Source: Candidatus Thermosaccharophagus yellowstonensis
GTDB lineage: Bacteria; Armatimonadota; Fervidibacteria; Fervidibacterales; Thermosaccharophagaceae
DNA: 64,000 bases
Assembly (NCBI GenBank): GCA_041537945.1
Contig: JBGOEK010000003.1
Location: 11,856 to 75,855, forward strand
Reading direction: 5' to 3'
The notes beneath the pieces were generated by a model. It did no database searches, had not been told where the DNA came from, and saw nothing but the letters and a program-made list of their open reading frames with translations. Below, piece after piece: positions 38,840 through 47,309 of the stretch (position 1 is its first letter; each line of letters opens with the position of its first letter). The translations under genes were made by a program, and so were the position numbers.

Positions 38840-39352
38840 GTGGTTGATGTAGCGATGAACGAGAAGATAGGGATTGAGAGAATTTGCGATGCGCGGTGGC
38901 GTAAGGTCGCAGTAGTGGGTATAGGGAATGAGATGCGTGGTGATGATGCCGTTGGATGTTATGTGGCGAGGAAGCTTGAAGGCATAAGCGGTGCGCTCGT
39001 CATTGATGCAGGCGATGTCCCGGAAAACTACACGCAGTTGTTGCGAGCTTATGAGCCAGATTGCATATTGCTGATTGACGCAGTTGATGTGGGCGCAAAC
39101 GCTGGGTCAATCGTCATCATGCATCGTGAGGAGCTACCACTATCCTTGTCCGTCTCAACTCATGGTATACCGCTAAGGTTGCTCGCCGATTACCTTCACC
39201 GTGAACTTGGTGCTGATGTGATGCTCATCGGCATTCAAGTTGGGACGACTTCATTTGGTGCAACTATGTGCGATGATGTGAAAGAGTCAGCCGATGTGGT
39301 GGCGGAGTTCCTTACAGCTTACTTGAGCTCTACAGGGTGTTCTGACAAATGA
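38840..39352 (+). CDS. hydrogenase maturation endopeptidase (HycI/HyaD family)
   Basis: VAVVGIGNEMRGDDAVGCYVARKL, LLIDAVD and STHGIPL motifs. Start is GTG 38840 or ATG 38855. Confidence 0.8.
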   Translation: MVDVAMNEKIGIERICDARWRKVAVVGIGNEMRGDDAVGCYVARKLEGISGALVIDAGDVPENYTQLLRAYEPDCILLIDAVDVGANAGSIVIMHREELPLSLSVSTHGIPLRLLADYLHRELGADVMLIGIQVGTTSFGATMCDDVKESADVVAEFLTAYLSSTGCSDK

Positions 39353-40320
39353 TGGTGGCTCTTTGCTTCGTCATCTCTGCACTTGTGGCGACGCCCAAAG
39401 TTTCTGCGAAAGAGCTTGGTAAAGCTACAGAGGGGGTGGCTGTTCGCAAGCTCGCAGAGGCGCAAGTCGATTCGCGTCCTGTGCTTGCGGTGCAATTCAT
39501 CGGGAACAAGTTGGCACTGTTGAGGAAGGGCGGAGATGTTGTGGCGTGGGATTTCATCAAAGGTGAGCTCAAACGCATTTTGCAATGCAATGTTAAATCG
39601 TTGCGTGGTGGCACTTTCTCAGGTGATGGAAAGTTGCTCGCATGCATCGGCGCAAGCCAAGTGGTCTCCATCTGGGATTTATTCGCTGGTAAATTGGTTG
39701 CAAAGGTAACGGGACACGGCGGGGAGATAAGGCAGATGGCTTTTTCTCATGATGGGCGGATGCTCGCTATAGCATGCGAAGGCTGTTGCAATATGGAAGG
39801 CGACACACGCATCTGGGATGCGAGGAGCGGAAGGTTGATCAGAAGGTTTAAAGGCGATGCGTTCAGCGTCACCTTCTTGAACGAATGTGAGAGGGTGGCT
39901 ATCGGTGGTGCAAAGGCTGTAGCGATTTATGATGTGAGCGATGGCAAGAAGGTTAAAGAGCTACATGTCGGCATGAAGGTAAGGGGTGTTGGCTACTTGG
40001 AAAAGGGTAAGTTGCTCATATGCGTTTCCGCTGATGGCTTACATGCGTTTGATGTTGCCACTTGGCGCAAGCAAGGGACTGCCAACCTCGGTTTAGTTGA
40101 TGCGGTTGCATTTTCATCAAACGGTTCGCTCATTGCCATCGGCACTTACGGCGAGGTTGTCCTTTTTGATGCTGAGCCGTGGAGAGTCGTTGGAAAGGTG
40201 AGTTGGGGCACACGCCCTGTCACGGCGATTGCGTTCTCACCAGATGGTTCAAAGTTTGCGTTCGGCGATGCCAGCGGTAGGGTCGCTCTGTGGATGGTTG
40301 TGAGTAAACTAAAAAGCTAA
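39349..40320 (+). CDS. WD40 beta-propeller protein with N-terminal signal-like peptide
   Basis: ATGA overlap with the protease stop. N-terminus MMVALCFVISALVATPKVSA. Repeated FSGDGKLLA..SIWDL, FSHDGRMLA..RIWDA, FSSNGSLIA and FSPDGSKFA..VALWMV blades. Confidence 0.75.
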   Translation: MMVALCFVISALVATPKVSAKELGKATEGVAVRKLAEAQVDSRPVLAVQFIGNKLALLRKGGDVVAWDFIKGELKRILQCNVKSLRGGTFSGDGKLLACIGASQVVSIWDLFAGKLVAKVTGHGGEIRQMAFSHDGRMLAIACEGCCNMEGDTRIWDARSGRLIRRFKGDAFSVTFLNECERVAIGGAKAVAIYDVSDGKKVKELHVGMKVRGVGYLEKGKLLICVSADGLHAFDVATWRKQGTANLGLVDAVAFSSNGSLIAIGTYGEVVLFDAEPWRVVGKVSWGTRPVTAIAFSPDGSKFAFGDASGRVALWMVVSKLKS

Positions 40321-40336
40321 GTGAGAGTGATGTGGG

Positions 40337-41869
40337 ATGGTTGATATGGTCACTTGGTGCATCTTGCTGATAGCAGTTCCTGCAATCGGTGGGATAGTTT
40401 GTGCTTTCCTGCCAGACAGGGCTGCGCGCTTCTTTGCCACCGTAGTGTCGTTTGCTACAGCCGTCATAGGCTTATGGCTCATCACCAATTATGGCTCTGA
40501 GGAGAACATAGTTAGCGTTGGTGGGCTTGCATGGATAAGCAAAGTTGCTGGAACGAAAGTTGACCTGTTCGGCTTTCTCATTGATCCGTTGAGCAGTATA
40601 ATGCTTTCGCTGATCGTCGTTATAGGTTTCCTTGTTGTGCTTTACTCAACTGCCTATGTCAGCGCCAACAACAAGGAACATCCAGTAGAGGAGGGAGCTT
40701 CACGCTACTTCTGCTGGATGCTCCTCTTCATTGCGTCAATGGCTGGCGTCGTCACATCTTCGACATTCTTCCAGCTCTTCATCTTTTGGGAATTAACGAC
40801 GCTGTGTTCATGGGCGCTCATCTCGTTTGACTATAACGACCCTGAGGCAGTTCGTGCGGGCTACAAGGCACTTTTGATGACGCATATTGGTGGGCTCTTC
40901 CTCATGACCATGATCGTGTTGTGTTTCGCCTTCACGAAGTCTTTCGGGTTTGACGCCATGAGGAAGCTCACACCGACGATGCAGGTTGCGCTCCTCTCCT
41001 TAGCGTTCATTGGTGCGTGGGCGAAGGCAGCTCAATTCCCATTTTACACTTGGCTTCCCGATGCTATGGTTGCGCCTACCCCTGTCAGTGCATATTTGCA
41101 CGCAGCAGCTATGGTTAAGGCTGGCATATACCTGCCAGCAAGGGTTGTCCTTGCAGCTCGCCCGTTTCTTAAGGCACTGCACCCATCTGCCATCGATACA
41201 GCTGGAATACTCATGGGCACGCTCTCAATCATAACCATCATCATCGGCTGTTACATGTTCTTCTACCAAGATGACTTGAAGCGACTGCTCGCTTTCTCAA
41301 CAATCGTTCACCTTGCTCACATCCTGATGGAATGGGCATGCGGGTCACTCGGGTGCTCAATATGCTATCAGAGTGGGTTGATACACATCATCGCTCACGG
41401 TGTGGGCAAGGGTTTGCTCTTCCTTTCCGTCGGCGCGCTCTCATACTCCACTGGCACAAGGCGCATAAGCCAGCTGAGCGGTGCTGGCTTTAAGATGCCA
41501 CTTGTGGCGGTTAGCTTCCTTATCGGAGCGCTCACCATATCGGGCATACCGCCATTCGCTGGCTTCTGGAGCAAGTTCTACTTCATCTTAGGTGCGATAA
41601 CGCTGGGCAAGTTCGGGATATTGTTTGTCATAGTCGGTCTCATCGATGCCGTCATCAGGTTTGCGTGGTTCATTTATGTTGCGCACAAGGTGTTCGCTGG
41701 TGAGCCATCTGAGATGGTGCGGAGCGCTAAAGGGACTTCGCCAGCGATTAACATAGCTATCGCCATCTTGATCATACTTTGCTTCATCTCAACGCCGTTT
41801 GCGGTGCAGATGTCTGCAACTGCGGTTGGGATCTGCACTGAGGGGACTTGCTCTGTGGTGGCACATTGA
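40337..41869 (+). CDS. antiporter-like membrane subunit (NuoL/HyfD-HyfF type)
   Basis: 510 aa. FIFWELTTLCSWALISF and KAAQFPFYTWLPDAMVAPTPVSAYLHAAAMVKAGIY. Confidence 0.85.
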   Translation: MVDMVTWCILLIAVPAIGGIVCAFLPDRAARFFATVVSFATAVIGLWLITNYGSEENIVSVGGLAWISKVAGTKVDLFGFLIDPLSSIMLSLIVVIGFLVVLYSTAYVSANNKEHPVEEGASRYFCWMLLFIASMAGVVTSSTFFQLFIFWELTTLCSWALISFDYNDPEAVRAGYKALLMTHIGGLFLMTMIVLCFAFTKSFGFDAMRKLTPTMQVALLSLAFIGAWAKAAQFPFYTWLPDAMVAPTPVSAYLHAAAMVKAGIYLPARVVLAARPFLKALHPSAIDTAGILMGTLSIITIIIGCYMFFYQDDLKRLLAFSTIVHLAHILMEWACGSLGCSICYQSGLIHIIAHGVGKGLLFLSVGALSYSTGTRRISQLSGAGFKMPLVAVSFLIGALTISGIPPFAGFWSKFYFILGAITLGKFGILFVIVGLIDAVIRFAWFIYVAHKVFAGEPSEMVRSAKGTSPAINIAIAILIILCFISTPFAVQMSATAVGICTEGTCSVVAH

Positions 41870-41909
41870 AGCCAATTTAAAGCTCGGCTTTTGGGAGGCG
41901 ATAGGTGAG

Positions 41910-43967
41910 ATGCAGATCTCGCAGGAGATGCTTGTGATGATCATCCTCGGAGTTTTTGGCGCTGGTGCTTTCCTTACCGCTGTAACTTCACCGCTTCGTC
42001 GCTTGACAGCGTGGCTTGGGTTCATCTTCGCCTTCTGTGGCTCTTTGCTTTGCCTCGTCGTCGCTACTCGTGCATTTTATGCACCTGCTATCGAGCAAGG
42101 ACATTCTTACCTTCCATTGCCGGTCGTAAATGCGGCGTTCCAAATACAGGTTGATGAGCTTAGCGCTCTCTTCCTCATCATCATCGGCTTGCTCGGCATC
42201 TGCACTTCACTTTACTCTGTTGGCTACATCACACACGACTACTACAAGGAAGAGCACCTTGTCCGCTACTATCCGTTTTTGATGTTCTTCCTCGCTGGCA
42301 TGGTCGGCGTTGTAACCTGCTGGGACATGTTTTACTTCCTCGTCTTCTGGGAAGTGATGACGCTTGCTTCCTATGTGCTCGTCATTTACGAAAAGAGCAA
42401 CCCCATATCGCTTCGTGCCGGCTTGAAGTATTTCGTGATGACGCACATCGGCACTACTGGCATCGTCTGTGGCGTGATTATCGTCTGGCTTTTCTGTCGT
42501 TCGTTTAACTTTGAATCCCTCAAGGTCGGCATGGAAATGCTTTATACGGAACGCCCTTCGTTGCTTCACCTTGTGCTATTGTTGCTTTTTGTTGGCTTCG
42601 CTACGAAGGCTGCACTCTTCCCATTCGGCGACTGGCTCCCTGATGCTCACCCTGCAGCGCCATCCGCTATCAGCTCTTTGCTCTCTGGCGTGATGATAAA
42701 GATGGGTGTCTATGGCATCCTACGCACATTCGTCTGGATGATGCCCTCATCTCACCACCTAAGCACATGGGGTTTTGTTGTAGCGCTGTTTGGCACTGTC
42801 TCGCTTTTCATATGCACTGTAGCTGCTTTAATCCAAAACGATTCAAAACGCATGCTCGCCTACAGCAGTATGGGTCAAATGGGCTATATCTGCTTGGGCA
42901 TAGGAATTGGGATGGGCTTCATGCGCGTCTCGCCGGGTTTAAGCGCGCTCGGCTTCATAGCTGGTTTGTATCACCTGATCAATCATGCGTGTTTCAAAGG
43001 TCTCCTCTTCTTAAACGCTGGCTCAGTTTTGATACGCACTGGCACGCGCAACATGGGCACGCTCGGTGGCTTGTGGCGCTTCATGCCCACAACAGCTTTC
43101 ACAACTCTTATCGCCGCACTCGCGATTTCTGGCGTGCCGCCGATGAACGGGTTTGTGAGCAAGTGGTTGATCTACAATGCTTCCATTATGGGTGGTCTCC
43201 AAGTCCCGATATACCTTGCGTGTTGCATCGCTGCGGTGTTCATCTCCACTGTCACGCTCGCTTATTCTATCAAGCTCATGGGGATATTCATTAGCATGCC
43301 GTCAAAGCTCGTTAGTCAGCTCGAGAAGGAGCTTAGAGAGGTTGACTGGACTATGGTTGTCCCGCAGGTTGTGCTTGCTCTGATATGCATTGCTCTTGGT
43401 CTCTTTCCAAACCTCGTTTTGCCTGTAGTGTATCGTGCAGTGAATGCGTTGCGCCCCGATTTCATGCCGCCGTTTGATTCGCTGTTTGTATGGATGCCTT
43501 TGTCGGTTGGGATAAGCGTTGGCGAGGGAGTCACTGGAGCTTTCTCTCCCCTTGTATACTTGCTTGCGTTCTTGGTTTGTATGCTCATCCCGTTTGCGCT
43601 CTACAAGCTTGCTGGTGCGAAAGTGCGCTACGCATCGCCATGGGCATGTGGGGAGCTCCACAGCAGTGAGGAACTACGCTATCGTGTTGAGAGCTTCTAC
43701 ACGCCCTTCAGGGGTTTCCTTTCGTTCAGGGTGGGTAGGAAGCGCGTGACATCACTTTACCCGACTTTGCCGAAGCCGAGGGCGCCTTGGGTTGCCAAGA
43801 TGCGCATCATCTTTGAAGTTGATAGGCTCTATGAAGCTGTGATTCGTGTGGGCGCGAAGGCTTGCGAATGGTTTAGCACAACGCATGCTGGCATACCACA
43901 GCTTTATGTCCTGTGGATGGCTATCGGCATCCTTTTCGCCATAGCTTTGCTTTACCTTCTTTCGTGA
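41910..43967 (+). CDS. hyfB: hydrogenase-4 component B / HycC-like antiporter subunit with C-terminal extension
   Basis: 685 aa from ATG 41910. FWEVMTLASYVLVIYE and TKAALFPFGDWLPDAHPAAPSAISSLLSGVMIKMGVYGILR. The long C-terminal extension resembles HyfB. The ORF-track start at 41799 overlaps the preceding gene. Confidence 0.85.
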   Translation: MQISQEMLVMIILGVFGAGAFLTAVTSPLRRLTAWLGFIFAFCGSLLCLVVATRAFYAPAIEQGHSYLPLPVVNAAFQIQVDELSALFLIIIGLLGICTSLYSVGYITHDYYKEEHLVRYYPFLMFFLAGMVGVVTCWDMFYFLVFWEVMTLASYVLVIYEKSNPISLRAGLKYFVMTHIGTTGIVCGVIIVWLFCRSFNFESLKVGMEMLYTERPSLLHLVLLLLFVGFATKAALFPFGDWLPDAHPAAPSAISSLLSGVMIKMGVYGILRTFVWMMPSSHHLSTWGFVVALFGTVSLFICTVAALIQNDSKRMLAYSSMGQMGYICLGIGIGMGFMRVSPGLSALGFIAGLYHLINHACFKGLLFLNAGSVLIRTGTRNMGTLGGLWRFMPTTAFTTLIAALAISGVPPMNGFVSKWLIYNASIMGGLQVPIYLACCIAAVFISTVTLAYSIKLMGIFISMPSKLVSQLEKELREVDWTMVVPQVVLALICIALGLFPNLVLPVVYRAVNALRPDFMPPFDSLFVWMPLSVGISVGEGVTGAFSPLVYLLAFLVCMLIPFALYKLAGAKVRYASPWACGELHSSEELRYRVESFYTPFRGFLSFRVGRKRVTSLYPTLPKPRAPWVAKMRIIFEVDRLYEAVIRVGAKACEWFSTTHAGIPQLYVLWMAIGILFAIALLYLLS

Positions 43968-43995
43968 ACTACGAAGCTTTGAGGGGTGAGCGCTC

Positions 43996-45789
43996 ATGAC
44001 TTCTCGTGAGTTAATGCGACGCCTGCGCGAAGGGTTGGGCGAAAAAGTGATTGAGTGCTGGGAACCGAGGGATGGAAGGGTGTTCGTTAAGGTCTCACCG
44101 AGCGACATCGTTACAGCGTGCGACTATGCATTCAACACACTTAAAGCGCGCTACATGACCACATGCGCAACTGATGACAGATGGCGAAATGGCAAGTTCA
44201 CCGTAACGCATTTCTTCTCGCTCGATGCGGACAAGCTTTTCCTCTCCGTGCGTTGCGAAGTTGACCCTGAAAACCCAGTGTTGCCGTCGATCACCCCGCT
44301 AATACCCGGTGCTGAATGGGCTGAGAGGGAGCAACAGGATTTGGTTGGTGTTAAGTTTGATGGTCATCCAGACCCGAGGAGGCTCGTTCTACCCGATGAC
44401 TTCCCGCCAGACTTGCATCCGCTACGAAAGGATTACCCATACAACTATCGCCCTGAGCCTGATATGCGTGGCAAGGTGCCGATGAAAGAGCCACCCGAGG
44501 GAGCAACTGTTGTGGCAGTTGGTCCGTTCTTCCCAGTGCTTGAGGAACCAGCCTACTTCAGGCTTTTCGTCGAGGGTGAGACAATAGTTGGTTGCGACTA
44601 CCGTGGCTTTTATAACCATCGTGGCATTGAGAAACTCGGTGACAGCAAGCTTACATTCAACCAAATTGTTTTCCTCGCCGAAAGGATATGAGGGATATGA
44701 GGCTTCATACACAGCACGGTGTGCTGTGAGGCAACAGAAAACGCTCTCGGAATAAGAGCACCAAGGAGGGCAAGGCTCATAAGGAGCATAATGCTCGAGA
44801 TTGAGCGCATACATAGCCACCTGCTCTGGCTCGGTATAGCTGGGCACATAATCGGGTTTGACACAGTGCTCATGCAAGCTTGGCGGATAAGAGAGCCAGT
44901 CATGTGGCTCGCCGAGTATATCACGGGCAATAGGAAAACTTACGGAATGAACATCGTGGGCGGCGTTAGGCGAGATATAACGAGGGAGAAGCACGAGCGC
45001 ATCCTTGAAGTGATGAAGCGAGTTGAGGAAGAAACTGTTGCAGTCATAAGAGCAGTTGAGGGTGATACGATGCTTCATGTGAGGCTTCGCGGGGTCGGAT
45101 ACCTTTCACCAGAGGATGCGAGAGCAATGTGCGTTGTCGGTCCAACTGCAAGGGGCTCTAACATCGCGATTGATGCGCGTGTTGATCATCCGTATGCTGG
45201 CTACGATGAGCTTGTCCCAGAGAAGAAGGTGCATGATGAGTGCGACATCTGGGCAAGGACACTCGTCAGGCTTGAGGAGACAATCGAATCAGTCAGGCTG
45301 GTTAGGGAGGGCATAAAAGCTCTTCAAGATATGCCCGAGGGCGAGATAGTGCTCAACATAACTGAGGAAGTCCCAGAGGGGCTTGAGGGCATATCCGTTG
45401 TTGAGGCGCCGAGGGGAGAATGCATCCACTATGTCATAACGAGCGCTGAGAACAGACCACACAGGTGGCGTGTGCGAGCACCATCTTACATGAACATACA
45501 CGCATTGCCAGTTATGTTCAAGAACAAGGATGGAGGCATACCATCGGAGCCGTTCAGCAGGGCAAACATCGCTGACATACCGATAATCATAGGCAGTGTT
45601 GACCCTTGCTTCTCGTGCACTGAGAGGGTTGAAGTGGTTGATGTGAAAAAGAAGGAAGTGCGCTTCTACACGAGGAACGAGTTGATCGAGCTCTGCAGGC
45701 TCAAGGCTCAGGAGCTGTTCAATAGGCGCTCAATAACAGTTGGCGAGCTTGGTGGCTCTGCTAAACAACCAATGGAGAGGCAACATTGA
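43996..45789 (+). CDS. hyfG: group-4 [NiFe]-hydrogenase large subunit (NuoC-NuoD fusion, HycE/HyfG-like) with two in-frame TGA codons at the N-terminal Ni-ligand Cys positions
   Basis: One reading frame of 597 sense positions, interrupted only by TGA at 44689-44691 and 44698-44700. The ORF track splits it into 43996-44691 and 44719-45789, which are in the same frame. NuoC part: PGAEWAEREQQDLVGVKFDGHPDPRRLVLPDD. NuoD/HycE part: GPFFPVLEEPAYFRLFVEGE, YNHRGIEKL, LAERI-*-GI-*-GFIHS, LEIERIHSHLLWLG, VEAPRGECIHY. C-terminal motif is DPCFSCTER. Confidence 0.85.
44710..44728 (+). promoter_or_regulatory. SECIS-like RNA hairpin immediately 3' of the two TGA codons
   Basis: CACAGCAC-GGT-GTGCTGTG forms a perfect 8-bp stem (44710-44717 pairing with 44721-44728) with a GGU apical loop. 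It begins 9 nt after the second TGA and 18 nt after the first. Confidence 0.55.
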
Positions 45790-45832
45790 TGCCTACGAAA
45801 AAAATTGCACTCTATTAGAGGGTGATGCAGTG

Positions 45833-46744
45833 ATGGAGAGGTTAGGCTATGCGGTGTTGAATGTGGTCGTTGTGCTTTTCTTTGCGCCGTTGTGTGAGGG
45901 CTTCGTGCGCAAGTATATCCGTGCCAACTTGGCTCACTCAAGGAGAGGTCCACTCGTTGGCATCTGGCAACCGTTCTATGACTTGCTAAAGCTCTTTGCG
46001 AAGGAAGACATACGCGTTGGTGGAGCACTCCAAACGGTCATGCCGTATATAGCCTTTAGTTCGATGTTGGTTGCCTCCCTTTTCCTGCCGCTTTGTGGCT
46101 ATGCACCGCTTGATGGATTTGGGGATCTGATCGTCTTCGTATACACTGTTAGTCTGTTTGCGATATCGCTTGCTGTTTTGGCGCTTGACACTGGCTCTCC
46201 ATATTCAAGCATTGGTGCGCTGAGGGAGATAATGCTCATGACGCTTGTTGAGCTTATATTCATCACATCCCTCATTTGCGGGGCTGTCTGTGCACACACT
46301 CTCAGGCTTTCTGGAATAATCCTTTGGTATCGCATGCGTTTCTTCTCGCTCCCGATGCTCATCGCTGCGGGTGTTGTCTTCATGGCGATGCTGGCTCAAT
46401 TTGGGCGTCTCCCATTTGACATACCTGAGGCAGAGCAGGAGATAATAGGCGGTCCATTCATGGAAGTTTCAGGTCCGAGGCTCGCCTTGCTGAAGTGGGC
46501 AGTCTATATGAGGCAGTTTATCAGCGCAAGCCTCTTTGCCACTGTCTTCATACCTTGGTGCTTAACTGGGGTGTTTGTCATTGACCTAATCATCACGCTC
46601 GTCAAGGTGCTCATCACTTTCGTTCTTGTGACGCTCGTTGAGGTGCTCTCGCCAAGGCTTAGGGTTGATCAGGCTCTCAACTTCTACCTTGGTGTCTTTC
46701 TTACTTCGGCAATCGCTATCGCCATTGCTTATGTTGCTCCATAA
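45833..46744 (+). CDS. hyfC: HycD/HyfC (NuoH-like) membrane subunit
   Basis: FFAPLCEGFVRKYIRANLAHSRRGPLVGIWQPFYDLLKLFAKED and the LPFDIPEAEQEIIGGPFMEVSG motif. 303 aa from ATG 45833. Confidence 0.85.
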   Translation: MERLGYAVLNVVVVLFFAPLCEGFVRKYIRANLAHSRRGPLVGIWQPFYDLLKLFAKEDIRVGGALQTVMPYIAFSSMLVASLFLPLCGYAPLDGFGDLIVFVYTVSLFAISLAVLALDTGSPYSSIGALREIMLMTLVELIFITSLICGAVCAHTLRLSGIILWYRMRFFSLPMLIAAGVVFMAMLAQFGRLPFDIPEAEQEIIGGPFMEVSGPRLALLKWAVYMRQFISASLFATVFIPWCLTGVFVIDLIITLVKVLITFVLVTLVEVLSPRLRVDQALNFYLGVFLTSAIAIAIAYVAP

Positions 46745-46782
46745 GGCTTAAAGCGATTCAACTTTCATAGGGGGGCAACGAC

Positions 46783-47295
46783 ATGATAGGTAGCAAGTTG
46801 AAGGAGCTGATGATTGCGCTTCGTGGTGGCGCTCCAAGACCGCTCGTCGTGACATTACCGTATCCGCTTGGACCGGGCGCCGAAGTGCCAGAAGGCTTCA
46901 GAGGAAAGGTTGAAGTTGATGTTTCAAAGTGCGTCGGGTGTGGTGGCTGTGCGAATGTTTGCCCATCAAGGTGCATACTCATTGAGGACACATCACAACT
47001 ATGGCGCAAGATGACCATAATGCGTGAGAGGTGCACTTACTGCGCACGCTGTCAGGAGGTTTGCCAAGAGAAAGCTATAACACTGACATGTGAGTTTGAG
47101 CTTGCCACAGATGACCCAGCCGACCTCACCGACACATGGGAAGTCTTCATGGCTACATGCTCACGATGTGGGAGATGCTTCAAACCTAAGACAGTCTTGG
47201 ATAAGATGATGGAAGTGGGTTTCAAGCCACCGATGGAGAAGCGTTACGGAGCATATGCTATGTCGCCAGCCAAAGAGGCACTTGAGGACTGTTGA
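46783..47295 (+). CDS. hyfH: 4Fe-4S ferredoxin subunit (HycF/HyfH/NuoI-like)
   Basis: CVGCGGCANVCP and CTYCARCQEVC motifs, plus an extra CSRCGRC. Confidence 0.8.
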   Translation: MIGSKLKELMIALRGGAPRPLVVTLPYPLGPGAEVPEGFRGKVEVDVSKCVGCGGCANVCPSRCILIEDTSQLWRKMTIMRERCTYCARCQEVCQEKAITLTCEFELATDDPADLTDTWEVFMATCSRCGRCFKPKTVLDKMMEVGFKPPMEKRYGAYAMSPAKEALEDC

Positions 47296-47309
47296 GAGGT
47301 GAGCATACC

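Noticed and set aside
44689-44700. Global reassignment of TGA (genetic code 4 or 25) as the explanation for the internal TGAs
   Set aside because: TGA is the evident terminator of many well-defined genes here: dnaJ (4028-4030), gyrA (6592-6594), hyfB (43965-43967) and this same gene (45787-45789). Protein ends match homologue lengths, so any recoding must be site-specific.
44422-45078. 218-aa minus-strand ORF spanning the TGA region, plus other long antisense ORFs (5086-5622, 24906-25838, 56234-57094, 60893-61648, 33312-33833, 18061-18597)
   Set aside because: All lie fully inside strongly supported genes on the opposite strand. They have no recognisable motifs or ribosome-binding sites, and their skewed composition is typical of shadow ORFs.
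43996-45789. Large subunit as a frameshifted or decayed pseudogene, or two separate genes (NuoC-like and NuoD-like)
   Set aside because: Both ORF pieces are in the same frame with no indel. The break falls inside the conserved ERxCGxC motif rather than at the NuoC/NuoD domain boundary. The only two stops coincide with the two Cys ligand codons, and all other motifs are intact. A pseudogene cannot be fully excluded without reads and sel genes, but it is the less parsimonious reading.
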